A DNA stretch of 64,000 nt from Candidatus Wolfebacteria bacterium GW2011_GWA1_44_24 (GCA_001001115.1 LCIO01000001.1:236339-300338), one strand, 5' to 3'; shown: positions 10,248-20,107, counted from the first letter of the stretch. The notes: generated by a model from the letters alone, not told the origin. Numbers and translations: made by a program.

Positions 10248-11363
10248 TTATTCAACAATTTCAAGAATTTCAAAATCAACATCGGCAATGCCATTCCCGT
10301 CATAATTAAGAAGAAAAATCGGCCGAATATAAACGGCGCCTGGATACATTTTACCCGGGTCGCCGGAACTCGGTTTACGCCCCCCGGCCGGCGTTCCATG
10401 CCCCTTAAAATAACCGGTAAAAATATCATAACCGGCTCCGGCAACCAAGGCGATGCCGTCAGCGGCAAAATAGTGCTGACTGGTATATGTATTATCCCCG
10501 GATTCATTAAGATAAGTTGTTTTATCCGAAGCTATTCCCGCTATGCCGCAATAAACAGAAGAAGGATTTTGAATTTGGCGAATTTTGCAAGAAATTTTAT
10601 ACAACGCGTTCGAATCAAAAGGAATATTTTCCTGCCACTCATACCACACAAATTGATTTGCGTTCAAATAATCTCCCTCGCTGTCGGCTCCCAACAAAAC
10701 CGTTCCCGACCCGATATTTTTATACCAACCCGGTTGGCCGGCCTTATTAACAACAACGGGGAAATCATTAAATGAAAAATTGGTTTTGCGATTAGGAGTT
10801 AAAAACAAATCGGTGCCAAGTTCATAAGCAATGGAATCGCCGCCGTCTCGCGAGACCCGAGAAAGATACTTCGTTGATTCCAACCATGCCGTCAATTCCC
10901 AACTCCCTCCCGCGACATAACTATAATAAAGATTGTTTTCCGCAATATTTATCGGGTCAACCGGTAAAACCGACAGCAAGGAGCCGATACTTAAAGAAGT
11001 TAAATCCACCGGAACCCATCCAAAACCATTGGTTTTACGATAATTATCCGGAGTTGAACAAGCATAATCCCAACCAAAAGGCAAAACAGGCAGATTTGAA
11101 TTAACGCAAGTCGGCGAAGTATCGGGGATTGAGACATAAACAATTGAAGAAGAGCCGAAATTGGCGCCGCCCTGAGAAAGATAAATGTTCAAAGCGGAAT
11201 TTAAAGAGTTAAGCTCCGATAATCTTTTTGAATCTCTGGTGTTTTTTAAAAGCTCTGAAGGATTTAAAACCAAAACTGTCGTTGTTGATAAAATCGCCAA
11301 AATGCCGATAACGATAAGAAGTTCGAGAAGCGTAAAAGATTTTTCGCCGTTGAATTGTTTCAT
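10248..11363 (-). CDS. Large type IV pilin/pseudopilin-like protein (prepilin-type N-terminal cleavage/methylation domain)
   Basis: N-terminus KSFTLLELLIVIGILAILSTTTV is the class III signal/N-methylation motif (G/FTLxE). 371 aa with a large C-terminal globular part. Confidence 0.75.
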   Translation of the reverse strand: MKQFNGEKSFTLLELLIVIGILAILSTTTVLVLNPSELLKNTRDSKRLSELNSLNSALNIYLSQGGANFGSSSIVYVSIPDTSPTCVNSNLPVLPFGWDYACSTPDNYRKTNGFGWVPVDLTSLSIGSLLSVLPVDPINIAENNLYYSYVAGGSWELTAWLESTKYLSRVSRDGGDSIAYELGTDLFLTPNRKTNFSFNDFPVVVNKAGQPGWYKNIGSGTVLLGADSEGDYLNANQFVWYEWQENIPFDSNALYKISCKIRQIQNPSSVYCGIAGIASDKTTYLNESGDNTYTSQHYFAADGIALVAGAGYDIFTGYFKGHGTPAGGRKPSSGDPGKMYPGAVYIRPIFLLNYDGNGIADVDFEILEIVE

Positions 11364-11368
11364 TATTT

Positions 11369-12832
11369 TTAACTAATTCGCGGAAATAAATTTTCACCCT
11401 TGCTGACTTTAATGATTTTTCCGGAATGTTTGACGCTTTTAATAATTTTTCCCGAAGTCTCGGGGAGAAACGGTTCCAGCAATAAAGCGACATTTTTTAA
11501 AAGCCCGATTAAATTAAAAATGATTTCTGCTTTGTGTTTCTCGTCTTTAATTTTCCACGGCTCGGTTTTATTGATGTAATTGTCGCCAAAACTAATCAAT
11601 TTCCAGATTGCCGCCAGCGCCTCGTTAAATTTAAATTCTTCAAGTTCGTCATTAACTTGTTTTTTGATCTGTTTTATTTCTTTTGCGATAGCGGGATTAA
11701 GCCGCATTTTTTCGGCAATCAACGGCGTCTTGCCCGCCAAAGTCAAAATGCGGGCGCAAAAATTGCCCAAACCGTTGGCCAATTCGCCGTTATAACGGAA
11801 AATAAATTTTTCCTCGCTGAAATCGCCGTCTTCATAAGCCGGAATTTCCCGCAAAAGATAGTAACGCACCGCTTCGTTTCCGTATTTCTTTATCAAATCA
11901 AAGGGGTTAACCACGTTACCGAGCGATTTTGACATTTTTTGGCCGCCGGAAGTGATGAAGCCGTGAACATAAATTTTTTGGGGCAATGGCAGTTTCGCCG
12001 ACAAAAGCATCGCCGGCCAATAAAGAACGTGGAATTTCAAATTGTCCTTGCCGATAATGTGAAGGTCGGCCGGCCAGAATTTTTTGAAATTTTTCGGATT
12101 TTTGCCCCCGAAACCCAAAGCCGAAATGTAGTTTGTCAAAGCGTCGGCCCAAACATAAATAACCTGAGAATCGTCGTCCGGCGTTGAAATGCCCCAGGGC
12201 AAATTTCTCTTGGGCCGCGAAAAGCTGATGTCTTCTATATCCTGCTTCAAAAAAGCCAGCGCTTCGTTTTTTCTGGCCAACGGAATTATCATCAATTCGT
12301 TCTTTTTTATTTTTGATTCTATCGCTTTGGCGTATTTTGAAAGCCGGAAAAAATAGTTTTCCTCCTCCACCGTTTCCGGTTCCGTCAGATGTTCCGGGCA
12401 TTTGCCGTTAATCAAATCTTTCTCCGTTTTATACGCTTCGCAGCCGACGCAATACAATCCTTTGTATTTTTTTTTATAAATGTCTCCGGCTTTAACCATC
12501 GCCAGCCACATTTTCCGCGCGCCGGGCCAGTGTTTTTTCTTATCCGTGGTCCTGATAAAAGCGTCGTAAGAAATGTTCAGCGATTTATCCAATTCTTTGA
12601 ATTCCAAAGCGTTCCGGTCAACCAATTCTTGCGGCAAAATTCCTTGTTCGCGGGCGGTCTTGAAAATTTTTGAGCCGTATTCATCCGTGCCGGTCAAAAA
12701 AAAGACATCGCTTCTTTTCAAGCGATGATAACGAGCCAAAACATCGGCCCTAACAAACTGCATGGCATGGCCCAAATGAGGAGAAGCGTTAACATAACCG
12801 ATGGCGGTGGTAAGATAAAATTTCTTCGCCAT
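11369..12832 (-). CDS. metG: Methionyl-tRNA synthetase
   Basis: Class I aaRS HIGH (PHLGHAM) and KMSKS (KMSKSLGN) motifs; zinc knuckle CVGCEAY…CPEH. Confidence 0.92.
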   Translation of the reverse strand: MAKKFYLTTAIGYVNASPHLGHAMQFVRADVLARYHRLKRSDVFFLTGTDEYGSKIFKTAREQGILPQELVDRNALEFKELDKSLNISYDAFIRTTDKKKHWPGARKMWLAMVKAGDIYKKKYKGLYCVGCEAYKTEKDLINGKCPEHLTEPETVEEENYFFRLSKYAKAIESKIKKNELMIIPLARKNEALAFLKQDIEDISFSRPKRNLPWGISTPDDDSQVIYVWADALTNYISALGFGGKNPKNFKKFWPADLHIIGKDNLKFHVLYWPAMLLSAKLPLPQKIYVHGFITSGGQKMSKSLGNVVNPFDLIKKYGNEAVRYYLLREIPAYEDGDFSEEKFIFRYNGELANGLGNFCARILTLAGKTPLIAEKMRLNPAIAKEIKQIKKQVNDELEEFKFNEALAAIWKLISFGDNYINKTEPWKIKDEKHKAEIIFNLIGLLKNVALLLEPFLPETSGKIIKSVKHSGKIIKVSKGENLFPRIS

Positions 12833-12841
12833 ATAGCGCGA

Positions 12842-13852
12842 TTATTCTTTAACCGATTTTTTTTGGATTGCCCAATCTTCAATAATTTCCTGGATTACGA
12901 CCGCCGCCGGCACCGCCAGAATTATCCCCGCGAAGCCGAAGAGTTGAGCTCCGGCGAGCAAAGAAATCACCACCACCACGGGATGAAGTCCGGTGGTGTA
13001 TCTCATCACCAAAGGCACCAGCAAATGATTTTCCACCTGCTGAATAATCACGAAAAGCGCCGCTACGGAAAATCCTAGCGTCAAAGATTGCGATATGACA
13101 AGCAGAAACGAAATAATACCGACAAGAACCGGTCCGACATAAGGAACCATTTCCAGAATGCCCGCCAAAATTCCCAATATCAAGCTGTATTTAACTCCCA
13201 AAATCAAAAGTCCGAAAAAAACCGCCAAGCCGATAATCAAACTTAAAATCAGCTGTCCCTGAAGCCACAAACCGATTTTGCGCCGCGCCCGAAAATAAAT
13301 TTTCATCACGTATTCCTCTTGGGCAGAAGGTAAAACCGCCCTTAAAAATTTTTCAACGCCATATTTGCTGGCGGACAAATAAAAAGACAAAACAAAAACC
13401 GCCGTCAAAAACACAGCGCTCCCAAAAATGGCGGAAATAACGCCGATAAAAGAAATGCCGCCCGAAAGCAAAGTGTTGGCGAAATTGCCAAGATACACTC
13501 CTATGTTTTTAATGAAATCTAAAGAGTTGAAAACTTGAACGGCGGGCAGTTTCAATTGATACTTAGAAAGAATATCTGAAAGATTTTTGAATTCCATAAT
13601 CGCCGCCGGAACAATAGCATAAAGAAGCAAAGTCAGAACCGCCGCGCCGGTGAGAAAAATAAGAATCGTCCCTAAAATTCTGGGAATTTTTTTCCGTTCC
13701 AAAAAACTGATAGGGGCATCAAGGGCCGAGGAAATCACCAGCGCCAAAGCCAAAATTATCAAAACATCGCGCAAAAGATAAAGCGCGACGCCGAAAACTA
13801 TCATCAGAAGAATCTTCCAAAGCGATGTCCAGGAAATTTCCAGCTTATTCAT
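12842..13852 (-). CDS. AI-2E family (PerM-like) transporter
   Basis: 336 aa, ~8 TM helices, with a conserved …EMVPYVGPVL… segment typical of the AI-2E/UPF0118 family. Confidence 0.65.
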   Translation of the reverse strand: MNKLEISWTSLWKILLMIVFGVALYLLRDVLIILALALVISSALDAPISFLERKKIPRILGTILIFLTGAAVLTLLLYAIVPAAIMEFKNLSDILSKYQLKLPAVQVFNSLDFIKNIGVYLGNFANTLLSGGISFIGVISAIFGSAVFLTAVFVLSFYLSASKYGVEKFLRAVLPSAQEEYVMKIYFRARRKIGLWLQGQLILSLIIGLAVFFGLLILGVKYSLILGILAGILEMVPYVGPVLVGIISFLLVISQSLTLGFSVAALFVIIQQVENHLLVPLVMRYTTGLHPVVVVISLLAGAQLFGFAGIILAVPAAVVIQEIIEDWAIQKKSVKE

Positions 13853-13864
13853 AATATCACGATA

Positions 13865-15133
13865 TCACAATGTTAAAATTTTTTCAAACCGGTTTTTATC
13901 CTTGAACGGCCCGATAATCGCCAGATTTAATTTATTGTTCTGAAAAATATCTTTGGCCACCGCCATTATTTCTTCGGCTTTGACGGCTTGAATTTTTTGC
14001 GCCAGTTCGTCCGGACCAATGAGTTTTTTGGTCAAGATTTCCTGACCGCCGTAAAAACTCGCCAGTTCATCGGATGTTTCAAGCGAAAGCATTAAATTGC
14101 CGAGCAAATGGTCTTTTGATTTTTGTAGTTCTTTTTCATCAACTGCTTTTTGGCTCAATTTTCTAAATTCTTCAAGAATAGCTTTAATTACCTCCTCTAT
14201 TCTTTTATTATCAACGCCGGCAAAAACAGCTAAATAACCGTGGTCGGTAAATAAATCAGCCTCAGCCCGGATATAATAGGCCGCGCCCATCTCGTCCCTA
14301 ATTTTTTGAAAAAGACGAGAACTCATGCCGCTGCCCAAAATATTAACCAACACTTGAAACGCATACTTTCTTTTATCAAAAATATCATACGCTCTGACGC
14401 CCAAAACCAAATGCGCCTGATCTGATTCTTTATATTTTAATAAAATCTGAGGATTTTCCTGAAATTCTTTGGTTTTAATTTTTGGAATTTTTTTGTTTGT
14501 TTTTATGCCAGAAAAAAAACTTTTAATTTTTCCGACTGCTTCATCATCGAATTTGCCAGAAACAACCGCGATTGTTGACGAAGCCAAATAATGATTTTTT
14601 TTATATTTTAAAAAGTCTTCACGGTTTAGTTCTTTAATAATTTCCTTGCTTCCGGCAATATCCCAGCCGGCCGGCTGGTCGCCGTAAAGAAGGTTTAAAA
14701 ATAATTGTTGAACCCGCCTCATCGGCAAATCTTCGTACATATTTATTTCTTCCACAATAACTCCTCTTTCTTTATTTATTTCGTTCTGGTCGAAAACCGG
14801 ATTGAGATACATATCGGAAATAATATCTAAAATTTTATCAAAATGTTTCGGTTGAGCTTTGGCATAATAACCCGTATATTCTTGACTGGTAAAAGCGTTA
14901 TAAGAAGCCCCTAAGCTATCAAGTTCCGAAGCGATATCTATGGCGCGCGGCCTCTTTTTCGTTCCCTTAAAGCACATATGCTCCAAAAAATGGGAAATGC
15001 CGTTGATTTCTTTGGTTTCATATTTTGAACCGGCTTCAACCAAAACCAAAACCGTTGTTGAAAGACTGTCCGGCTTCGGAACAATAATAATCCGCAATCC
15101 GTTTTCTAATGTGATTTTATTGAATTTTTCCAT
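13865..15133 (-). CDS. M16-family (pitrilysin/insulinase-like) zinc peptidase
   Basis: HxxEH inverted zinc motif (GISHFLEHMCFKGT) near the N-terminus; 422 aa, two-domain M16 size. Confidence 0.8.
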   Translation of the reverse strand: MEKFNKITLENGLRIIIVPKPDSLSTTVLVLVEAGSKYETKEINGISHFLEHMCFKGTKKRPRAIDIASELDSLGASYNAFTSQEYTGYYAKAQPKHFDKILDIISDMYLNPVFDQNEINKERGVIVEEINMYEDLPMRRVQQLFLNLLYGDQPAGWDIAGSKEIIKELNREDFLKYKKNHYLASSTIAVVSGKFDDEAVGKIKSFFSGIKTNKKIPKIKTKEFQENPQILLKYKESDQAHLVLGVRAYDIFDKRKYAFQVLVNILGSGMSSRLFQKIRDEMGAAYYIRAEADLFTDHGYLAVFAGVDNKRIEEVIKAILEEFRKLSQKAVDEKELQKSKDHLLGNLMLSLETSDELASFYGGQEILTKKLIGPDELAQKIQAVKAEEIMAVAKDIFQNNKLNLAIIGPFKDKNRFEKILTL

Positions 15134-16427
15134 TTAACCAATCTATTAATCCGCTGATTTTTATTCTTTCTTGTTTCGTGGTATCGCGGTCGCGAACGGT
15201 AAGCGTATTGTCTTCCAGCGTTCGAAAATCAACCGTTAGACAATACGGCGTGCCGATTTCATCCTGCGAATAATAACGCTTGCCGATGTTGCCACGGTCG
15301 TCGTAAGCAACCATAAATTTTTTGCGCAAATCGTCGTAAATTTTTTTTGCCGAATTAACCAATTCCGGCTTGTTGGCCAAAAGCGGGAAAACCGCCGCCT
15401 TATAAGGAGCCAATTTCGCGTCTAGTTTCAAATAAATCCTTTCCCCTTCTTCCCGATAAGCGTCAATGAGTAAAAACAAAATAGAACGGTCGACTCCGGC
15501 TGAAGTTTCAATGTCCCAGGGAATATATTTCTCGTCGGTTTCCGGATCGCGATAACCCATATCAACGCCGGAAAATTTCTGGTGCCGCGACAAATCCCAA
15601 TCTCCGCGGTTATGAATGCCCATAAATTCCTGCCAGCCCCAGGGCGCGTTATATTCGATGTCAGTCGCGTCAATGGCGTAATGGGCGCGTTCGGTTTTTG
15701 CATGGTCGCGAAAACGCAGATTTTCCTTTCTCATTCCCAACGATAGATACCAATCCATCCTGTTATTTTTCCAGTATTCAAACCATTTTTCGCCCTCTTT
15801 TTCATCCGGCCTGATGTAAAACTGCACTTCCATTTGCTCGAATTCCCGCGAACGGAAAGTAAAATTGCCCGGCGTAATTTCATTGCGGAAAGCCTTGCCG
15901 ATTTGAGCGACGCCGAAAGGAATTTTCACCCTTGTCGAATCAAGAACATTTTTGAAATTAACATGAACGCCATTGGTGATTTCGCCACGAAGAAAAATTT
16001 CCGATTGTTCGCCTTCTACCACTCCCAAATACGCCTTGACCAGCAAATTAAATTGCCGCGGTTCAGTCCAGTCCGCTTTTTTGTCTTTGTGGATTTTTTC
16101 ATGATTTTTAATTTCTTCTTCCTTATCGGCCCGAATCCGCTGATGACAAATTTTACATTCAACCAATGGGTCGGCGAACGCTTTCAAATGGCCCGAAGCT
16201 TCCCAAGCTTTCGGATTCATCATAATCGCCGCATCGATGCCGACGATATCATCGCGGCGTTCCACCATATTTTCCCACCACAAATCCTTCAAATTTTTTT
16301 TAAGCAAGGCGCCGACCGGGCCGTAATCCCAGGTGCCGGCCAAACCGCCGTAAATTTCCGAGCCGGGAAAAATAAATCCCCGGCGCTTAGCCAAAGAAAC
16401 GATTTTATCCGTCAGATTATTTGTCAT
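15117..16427 (-). CDS. glyQS: Glycyl-tRNA synthetase (class II, dimeric GlyRS type)
   Basis: N-terminus RRGFIFPGSEIYGGLAGTWDYGPVG is diagnostic of α2-type GlyRS; 436 aa. Confidence 0.88.
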   Translation of the reverse strand: MTNNLTDKIVSLAKRRGFIFPGSEIYGGLAGTWDYGPVGALLKKNLKDLWWENMVERRDDIVGIDAAIMMNPKAWEASGHLKAFADPLVECKICHQRIRADKEEEIKNHEKIHKDKKADWTEPRQFNLLVKAYLGVVEGEQSEIFLRGEITNGVHVNFKNVLDSTRVKIPFGVAQIGKAFRNEITPGNFTFRSREFEQMEVQFYIRPDEKEGEKWFEYWKNNRMDWYLSLGMRKENLRFRDHAKTERAHYAIDATDIEYNAPWGWQEFMGIHNRGDWDLSRHQKFSGVDMGYRDPETDEKYIPWDIETSAGVDRSILFLLIDAYREEGERIYLKLDAKLAPYKAAVFPLLANKPELVNSAKKIYDDLRKKFMVAYDDRGNIGKRYYSQDEIGTPYCLTVDFRTLEDNTLTVRDRDTTKQERIKISGLIDWLNGKIQ

Positions 16428-18166
16428 TGGATTACTTGAGTATAATTCAAATCCAAACCGCTGTCTTTCAACGATTTGGTGCTAAGGGCTTCGGCGGCAA
16501 CATTCAATTCGACACCGGTAAATTCGTCAACGGCGGCGGCAATGGTCTGGCTGAGCAACGGAATTTCTTTTCCGACTTGAGTGATATTAGGCAAAACTTC
16601 TATTTGAAAAATCGCTTCAATTGGTTTTCCGATAATGCCTTTGGCGGCCGAAATTCTATCAATAGACCAATTAATCTCGCTTGTTCTTTCATTATAAATC
16701 GGCTGGGATGCGACGCTACTTTTAACAATATCTGTCAGCCGCGCCCCTGAAAGCAAACTAGCTTTAATATTTACATCCTTAACGTCTGTGGCGTAATTTT
16801 TAACGAGCCAATGAATGGTGAAATTAAGCGGCTGGTTGACTCTCGGCGGCAAAACGCCTTTATTGACAATACCCGACGGATCGCGGAAATAAACAGCGGG
16901 TTCAACGCTGATTTGTCCTCCAACTTTCGTTTCCAAACCGCTCAAGCCAATGGTTTTGTCGGCCGAAACGTAATAAGGCACAGTAGGCGAAGAAATTTCA
17001 GCTACGACTTTCAAAACAAAATTTTTATCGGACAACTTTTTAATGGGATAAAATTGTTTTGTTTTGATTTCGAACTCAGTGCCGGCGCTTGAACCGGCCG
17101 GCACCTGCCGAAGATTCGAAACATTGGCCGCGTTCCAGACTAAAATATTATTTCGAGAATTAAAAGAACCGCCGGTTTTCAAGGTCGGAAAATCAAATAT
17201 TTCTCCGTTCAACTGAGCGGTAATGACCGCATCGCTTAAAACAACATCGCTGTTATTTTGGTAAACAATCCGATATTTTAATAAATCTCCCGGCCAGGCG
17301 ATATAATTTTCCGTTTCATTCAAGATAATTTTCAGAGAAAGAGGCGAGGGCGCGATGTAAACGCTGGCGGCTTTTTCGGCAATCGCATACTTTTGGCCCC
17401 GATACGCCGTCTCAATTTGCGATTTGATTTCAAAAAACGACTGTTCAGGTCCGATGATTCTGCCTTTTAGGGAAATCTTAGCCTGGGCATTTTTCTCCAG
17501 CTCGCCGATTTCCAAAATATTGCCGGACAATTTCGGATTCGATTCTTTCAAGACAAAATTTTTCGGAAAAATAAAATTCAGTCGGGCACCGGAAAAATTG
17601 TTTTCCGAAATATTGGCGTAATTGACGATAATTTCAAATTCTTCGTTGTTTAAAACTTTTTCCGGAGCCGACAAATCAAGTTTTACGGCCGATTCCCGAA
17701 CCGACACTTCAACATTTTGTTTTTTCTCAAAACGAGCTTTTAAGGTTGAAACATAACCGACTGAAATATTAAAATTTTTCACACTGCCTTCTCCGGCGAC
17801 AATCAAAATCTGAAATTTATCTTTGAAAATCGCGTCCGGTTCCAAATCGTCGATTTTTTTGGAAAATACGCGTTTCTCTCCGCTTTCGCCCAAAATTATC
17901 GCGGATTCTGGCAAAAAAACGGAAAGATTGACGTCTTGAAGAGTATTCTTTGAACTATTGTCAAAATCAACCGACAAATCAAAAGGAACGCCGACCATCG
18001 CATTGGCCGGAACGGAAACCGAAAGATTAATTTCCCGTTCAGTGGAAAAATATTGATAAAGATAATAACCGCTGAAAGCAATCAATATTAAAACAAACGG
18101 CGTTAAAATCCAGAATAAAATCCGGCTGAAGCGGCTGATTTTGGAAATGATTATTCTTTCGGACAT
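16424..18166 (-). CDS. Hypothetical secreted/membrane-anchored protein (N-terminal TM, large β-rich ectodomain)
   Basis: 580 aa. Single N-terminal TM (ILFWILTPFVLILIAFSGYYLY), remainder hydrophilic and β-strand-rich. No recognisable catalytic motif. Confidence 0.5.
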   Translation of the reverse strand: MSERIIISKISRFSRILFWILTPFVLILIAFSGYYLYQYFSTEREINLSVSVPANAMVGVPFDLSVDFDNSSKNTLQDVNLSVFLPESAIILGESGEKRVFSKKIDDLEPDAIFKDKFQILIVAGEGSVKNFNISVGYVSTLKARFEKKQNVEVSVRESAVKLDLSAPEKVLNNEEFEIIVNYANISENNFSGARLNFIFPKNFVLKESNPKLSGNILEIGELEKNAQAKISLKGRIIGPEQSFFEIKSQIETAYRGQKYAIAEKAASVYIAPSPLSLKIILNETENYIAWPGDLLKYRIVYQNNSDVVLSDAVITAQLNGEIFDFPTLKTGGSFNSRNNILVWNAANVSNLRQVPAGSSAGTEFEIKTKQFYPIKKLSDKNFVLKVVAEISSPTVPYYVSADKTIGLSGLETKVGGQISVEPAVYFRDPSGIVNKGVLPPRVNQPLNFTIHWLVKNYATDVKDVNIKASLLSGARLTDIVKSSVASQPIYNERTSEINWSIDRISAAKGIIGKPIEAIFQIEVLPNITQVGKEIPLLSQTIAAAVDEFTGVELNVAAEALSTKSLKDSGLDLNYTQVIQ

Positions 18167-18721
18167 TTATATCAATACTATCTCTTTTTTGGGAATTTTT
18201 ATAGCGCACTTGGCGCAAAAGAAAATATAGTCTTCCGGAGAGAAAAAATTTATTTCTTTCCCGCGGCAAAAAACGCAAGCCGCGTGAGCCGGGTCAAAGC
18301 CCAAAATTTTGATGATTAACCGATAAATGGCTTTTTCTTTTTTTTGATAAATAAGCCAATTGGCGACAATCTCTTTCATTGCCAGCCATAATTTGCGGTC
18401 CGGCTGAAGATCAAAAGTCATTTCCTTGAAAAATTTGATAAAATTCAAAAGCCTGAAAAAAACCGCTGGATTTTCCTTAAAATTGGCCGAATTAGCGATA
18501 GTTAAAGCGTCGACTATCTGAAAGCCGTTTTTTTCCACCAGCCGGACTTGAATAAAATTAAGCGGCTCCAGGTGTCCGTTTAATTTTGAGGTGATTCTTT
18601 TGACGCTTTTGGCTTTAGCGGTTATTTTCCCCAAATCCTCGGTGTATAAAATTATTCTCGCGTCCAAATCGCCGCTGTCTTCCTTGTCCAGTACCAGCGC
18701 TTCGGTAAAGTATTCTACCAT
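18167..18721 (-). CDS. recO: DNA repair protein RecO
   Basis: Start at internal MVEYFTEALVL (OB-fold N-terminus). C-terminal zinc finger CVFCRGK…CAKC typical of RecO. Confidence 0.7.
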   Translation of the reverse strand: MVEYFTEALVLDKEDSGDLDARIILYTEDLGKITAKAKSVKRITSKLNGHLEPLNFIQVRLVEKNGFQIVDALTIANSANFKENPAVFFRLLNFIKFFKEMTFDLQPDRKLWLAMKEIVANWLIYQKKEKAIYRLIIKILGFDPAHAACVFCRGKEINFFSPEDYIFFCAKCAIKIPKKEIVLI

Positions 18722-18985
18722 AACGCGAATTTTAGCAGATCGAAAGAGTGATTTCCATTCCAATTTTACATAAGCTTGACAAAATAAAACCACTGGTTAT
18801 AATTCCTTAAAATCAATCGCGAATTATATAGCCCCGAAAGGGGTTTTTTGATTGGGATTTATAAATAAATTATAAAAATTACGAGTGTTGTTTACATTTT
18901 CCAGCAGATTGCCTTTCAGAACCAGAATATTTTTGTTCCAGCGACAAAAATTTCTTCCCCCTCGGCGCGCTGGCTCCGACTATTG

Positions 18986-19064
18986 ATGTAAAGATTTTTG
19001 AAACCTAAACGGAAGCGCAGTCCGCCAGCTGGCGGACGTGAGCGGGTTGAAAAAACTTTACATT
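18986..19064. other. Conserved hairpin element, copy 1: ~55-nt core GAAACCTAAACGGAAGCGCAGTCCGCCAGCTGGCGGACGTGAGCGGGTTGAA flanked by an inverted repeat (TGTAAAGATTTTTG / AAAAAACTTTACA)
   Basis: Near-identical core (1 nt difference, in the inner hairpin loop) is present at 24769-24822. Internal perfect hairpin GTCCGCC-AGCT-GGCGGAC. The outer stems differ in sequence between copies but are self-complementary in each. Confidence 0.6.
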
Positions 19065-19098
19065 TTCCGTTGCAGAGTAAACAACGCTTGAAAATCTT

Positions 19099-19563
19099 AT
19101 GAATAAATACAATAAATATCTGGCGGCTCTCTTGGTTGTGATGAGTTTTAACGTTCTTCAAACCAATGTTTTCCAGCCAAAAATAGCCGTTATTAACGAA
19201 AATTATTCGCTAGACGACTCTTTAACGGCCCAAAATCGGCCTGTTTTGACGCTTGAGAATCAAAAAGTTGCCAAGCCAAAAATCTTAAAAGTTTGGTTAA
19301 CCGCTTATTCCAGCACGCCCGAGCAAACCGATGAAACGCCGTTTATCACGGCTTCTGGAAGTTATGTCAGGAACGGCGTTGTGGCGGCCAATTTCCTGCC
19401 AATGGGAGCTAAAATCCGCATTCCAGAAGTTTTCGGCAGCCAAATTTTCGTCGTTGAAGACCGAATGCATCCCAGATATCAGAACTATATTGATATCTGG
19501 TTTCCCGATGCCGAACAAGCCAAAAATTTCGGCAAAAAAATAAGTAAAATAGAAATCCTATAA
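19099..19563 (+). CDS. 3D-domain (MltA/YabE-like) cell-wall-binding protein, secreted
   Basis: Signal peptide/TM (LAALLVVMSF). C-terminal …WLTAYSS…ETPFITASG…GVVAANFLPMGAKIRIP…IFVVEDRMHPRYQNYIDIW matches the 3D domain (conserved D residues). Confidence 0.75.
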   Translation: MNKYNKYLAALLVVMSFNVLQTNVFQPKIAVINENYSLDDSLTAQNRPVLTLENQKVAKPKILKVWLTAYSSTPEQTDETPFITASGSYVRNGVVAANFLPMGAKIRIPEVFGSQIFVVEDRMHPRYQNYIDIWFPDAEQAKNFGKKISKIEIL

Positions 19564-20106
19564 AGACAAAGAGAAAATCGGGAGATCGACCCTAATCGCT
19601 TCTCCTTTGTTCTCTTTGTGGGGAACCATTAAATGCCCCTGATTTTTGGCAAGCTCGTACAACTCTTTGGTAATTTTAACGTCGTTAAGACAATAATTTT
19701 TTAATTCTTCCATTCTGCCTTCGCGATATAAAACCGGCGCCTCAAGGCTCAAACCGTTCTTGCCAAAACCCAAATTGGTTTTCGCCAGAATATCCAAACC
19801 GACTCGCCGGCCAAGCAAGATTTCAATCTCATCCAGAATATCAATCCGCGGGATGGAAAAAATGTCGAAATTAAAGTGTTTTTTCAAAACCGGCAAATCA
19901 AAACGGGAGATGGCGAAACCGACGAGCAAACCGGCATTTCTCAAAATTTCGCCGGCTTCTTTGATTTCGTTCTCATGAAAATGAAAAAATTTGTCTTGGC
20001 CATACGAATAAAGACCGACCAAAGAAATTTCTAATGCGTCGAAATTATCATGACCGACTTCAATGAAAGTATTTTTGGTTTCGATGTCTAATACAATGGT
20101 ATCCAT
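19558..20106 (-). CDS. DEDD-family 3'-5' exonuclease (DnaQ/PolB-exonuclease-like)
   Basis: Start at MDTIVLDIETKNT (Exo I motif DxE). The upstream ORF-track extension is low-complexity. Exo III-like YCLNDVKITKELY. Confidence 0.65.
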   Translation of the reverse strand: MDTIVLDIETKNTFIEVGHDNFDALEISLVGLYSYGQDKFFHFHENEIKEAGEILRNAGLLVGFAISRFDLPVLKKHFNFDIFSIPRIDILDEIEILLGRRVGLDILAKTNLGFGKNGLSLEAPVLYREGRMEELKNYCLNDVKITKELYELAKNQGHLMVPHKENKGEAIRVDLPIFSLSL

Positions 20107-20107
20107 T

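Noticed and set aside
18998-19055. Interpreting the conserved hairpin core as a twister-type self-cleaving ribozyme or as a c-di-AMP (ydaO) riboswitch for the 3D-domain gene
   Set aside because: The core has UAA…AAGCGCAG…GCGGG, but the near-invariant twister nucleotides (AAGCCCG) are not matched. The second copy lies inside a coding region rather than in a 5' UTR, which argues against a dedicated riboswitch. Left as an unclassified structured element.
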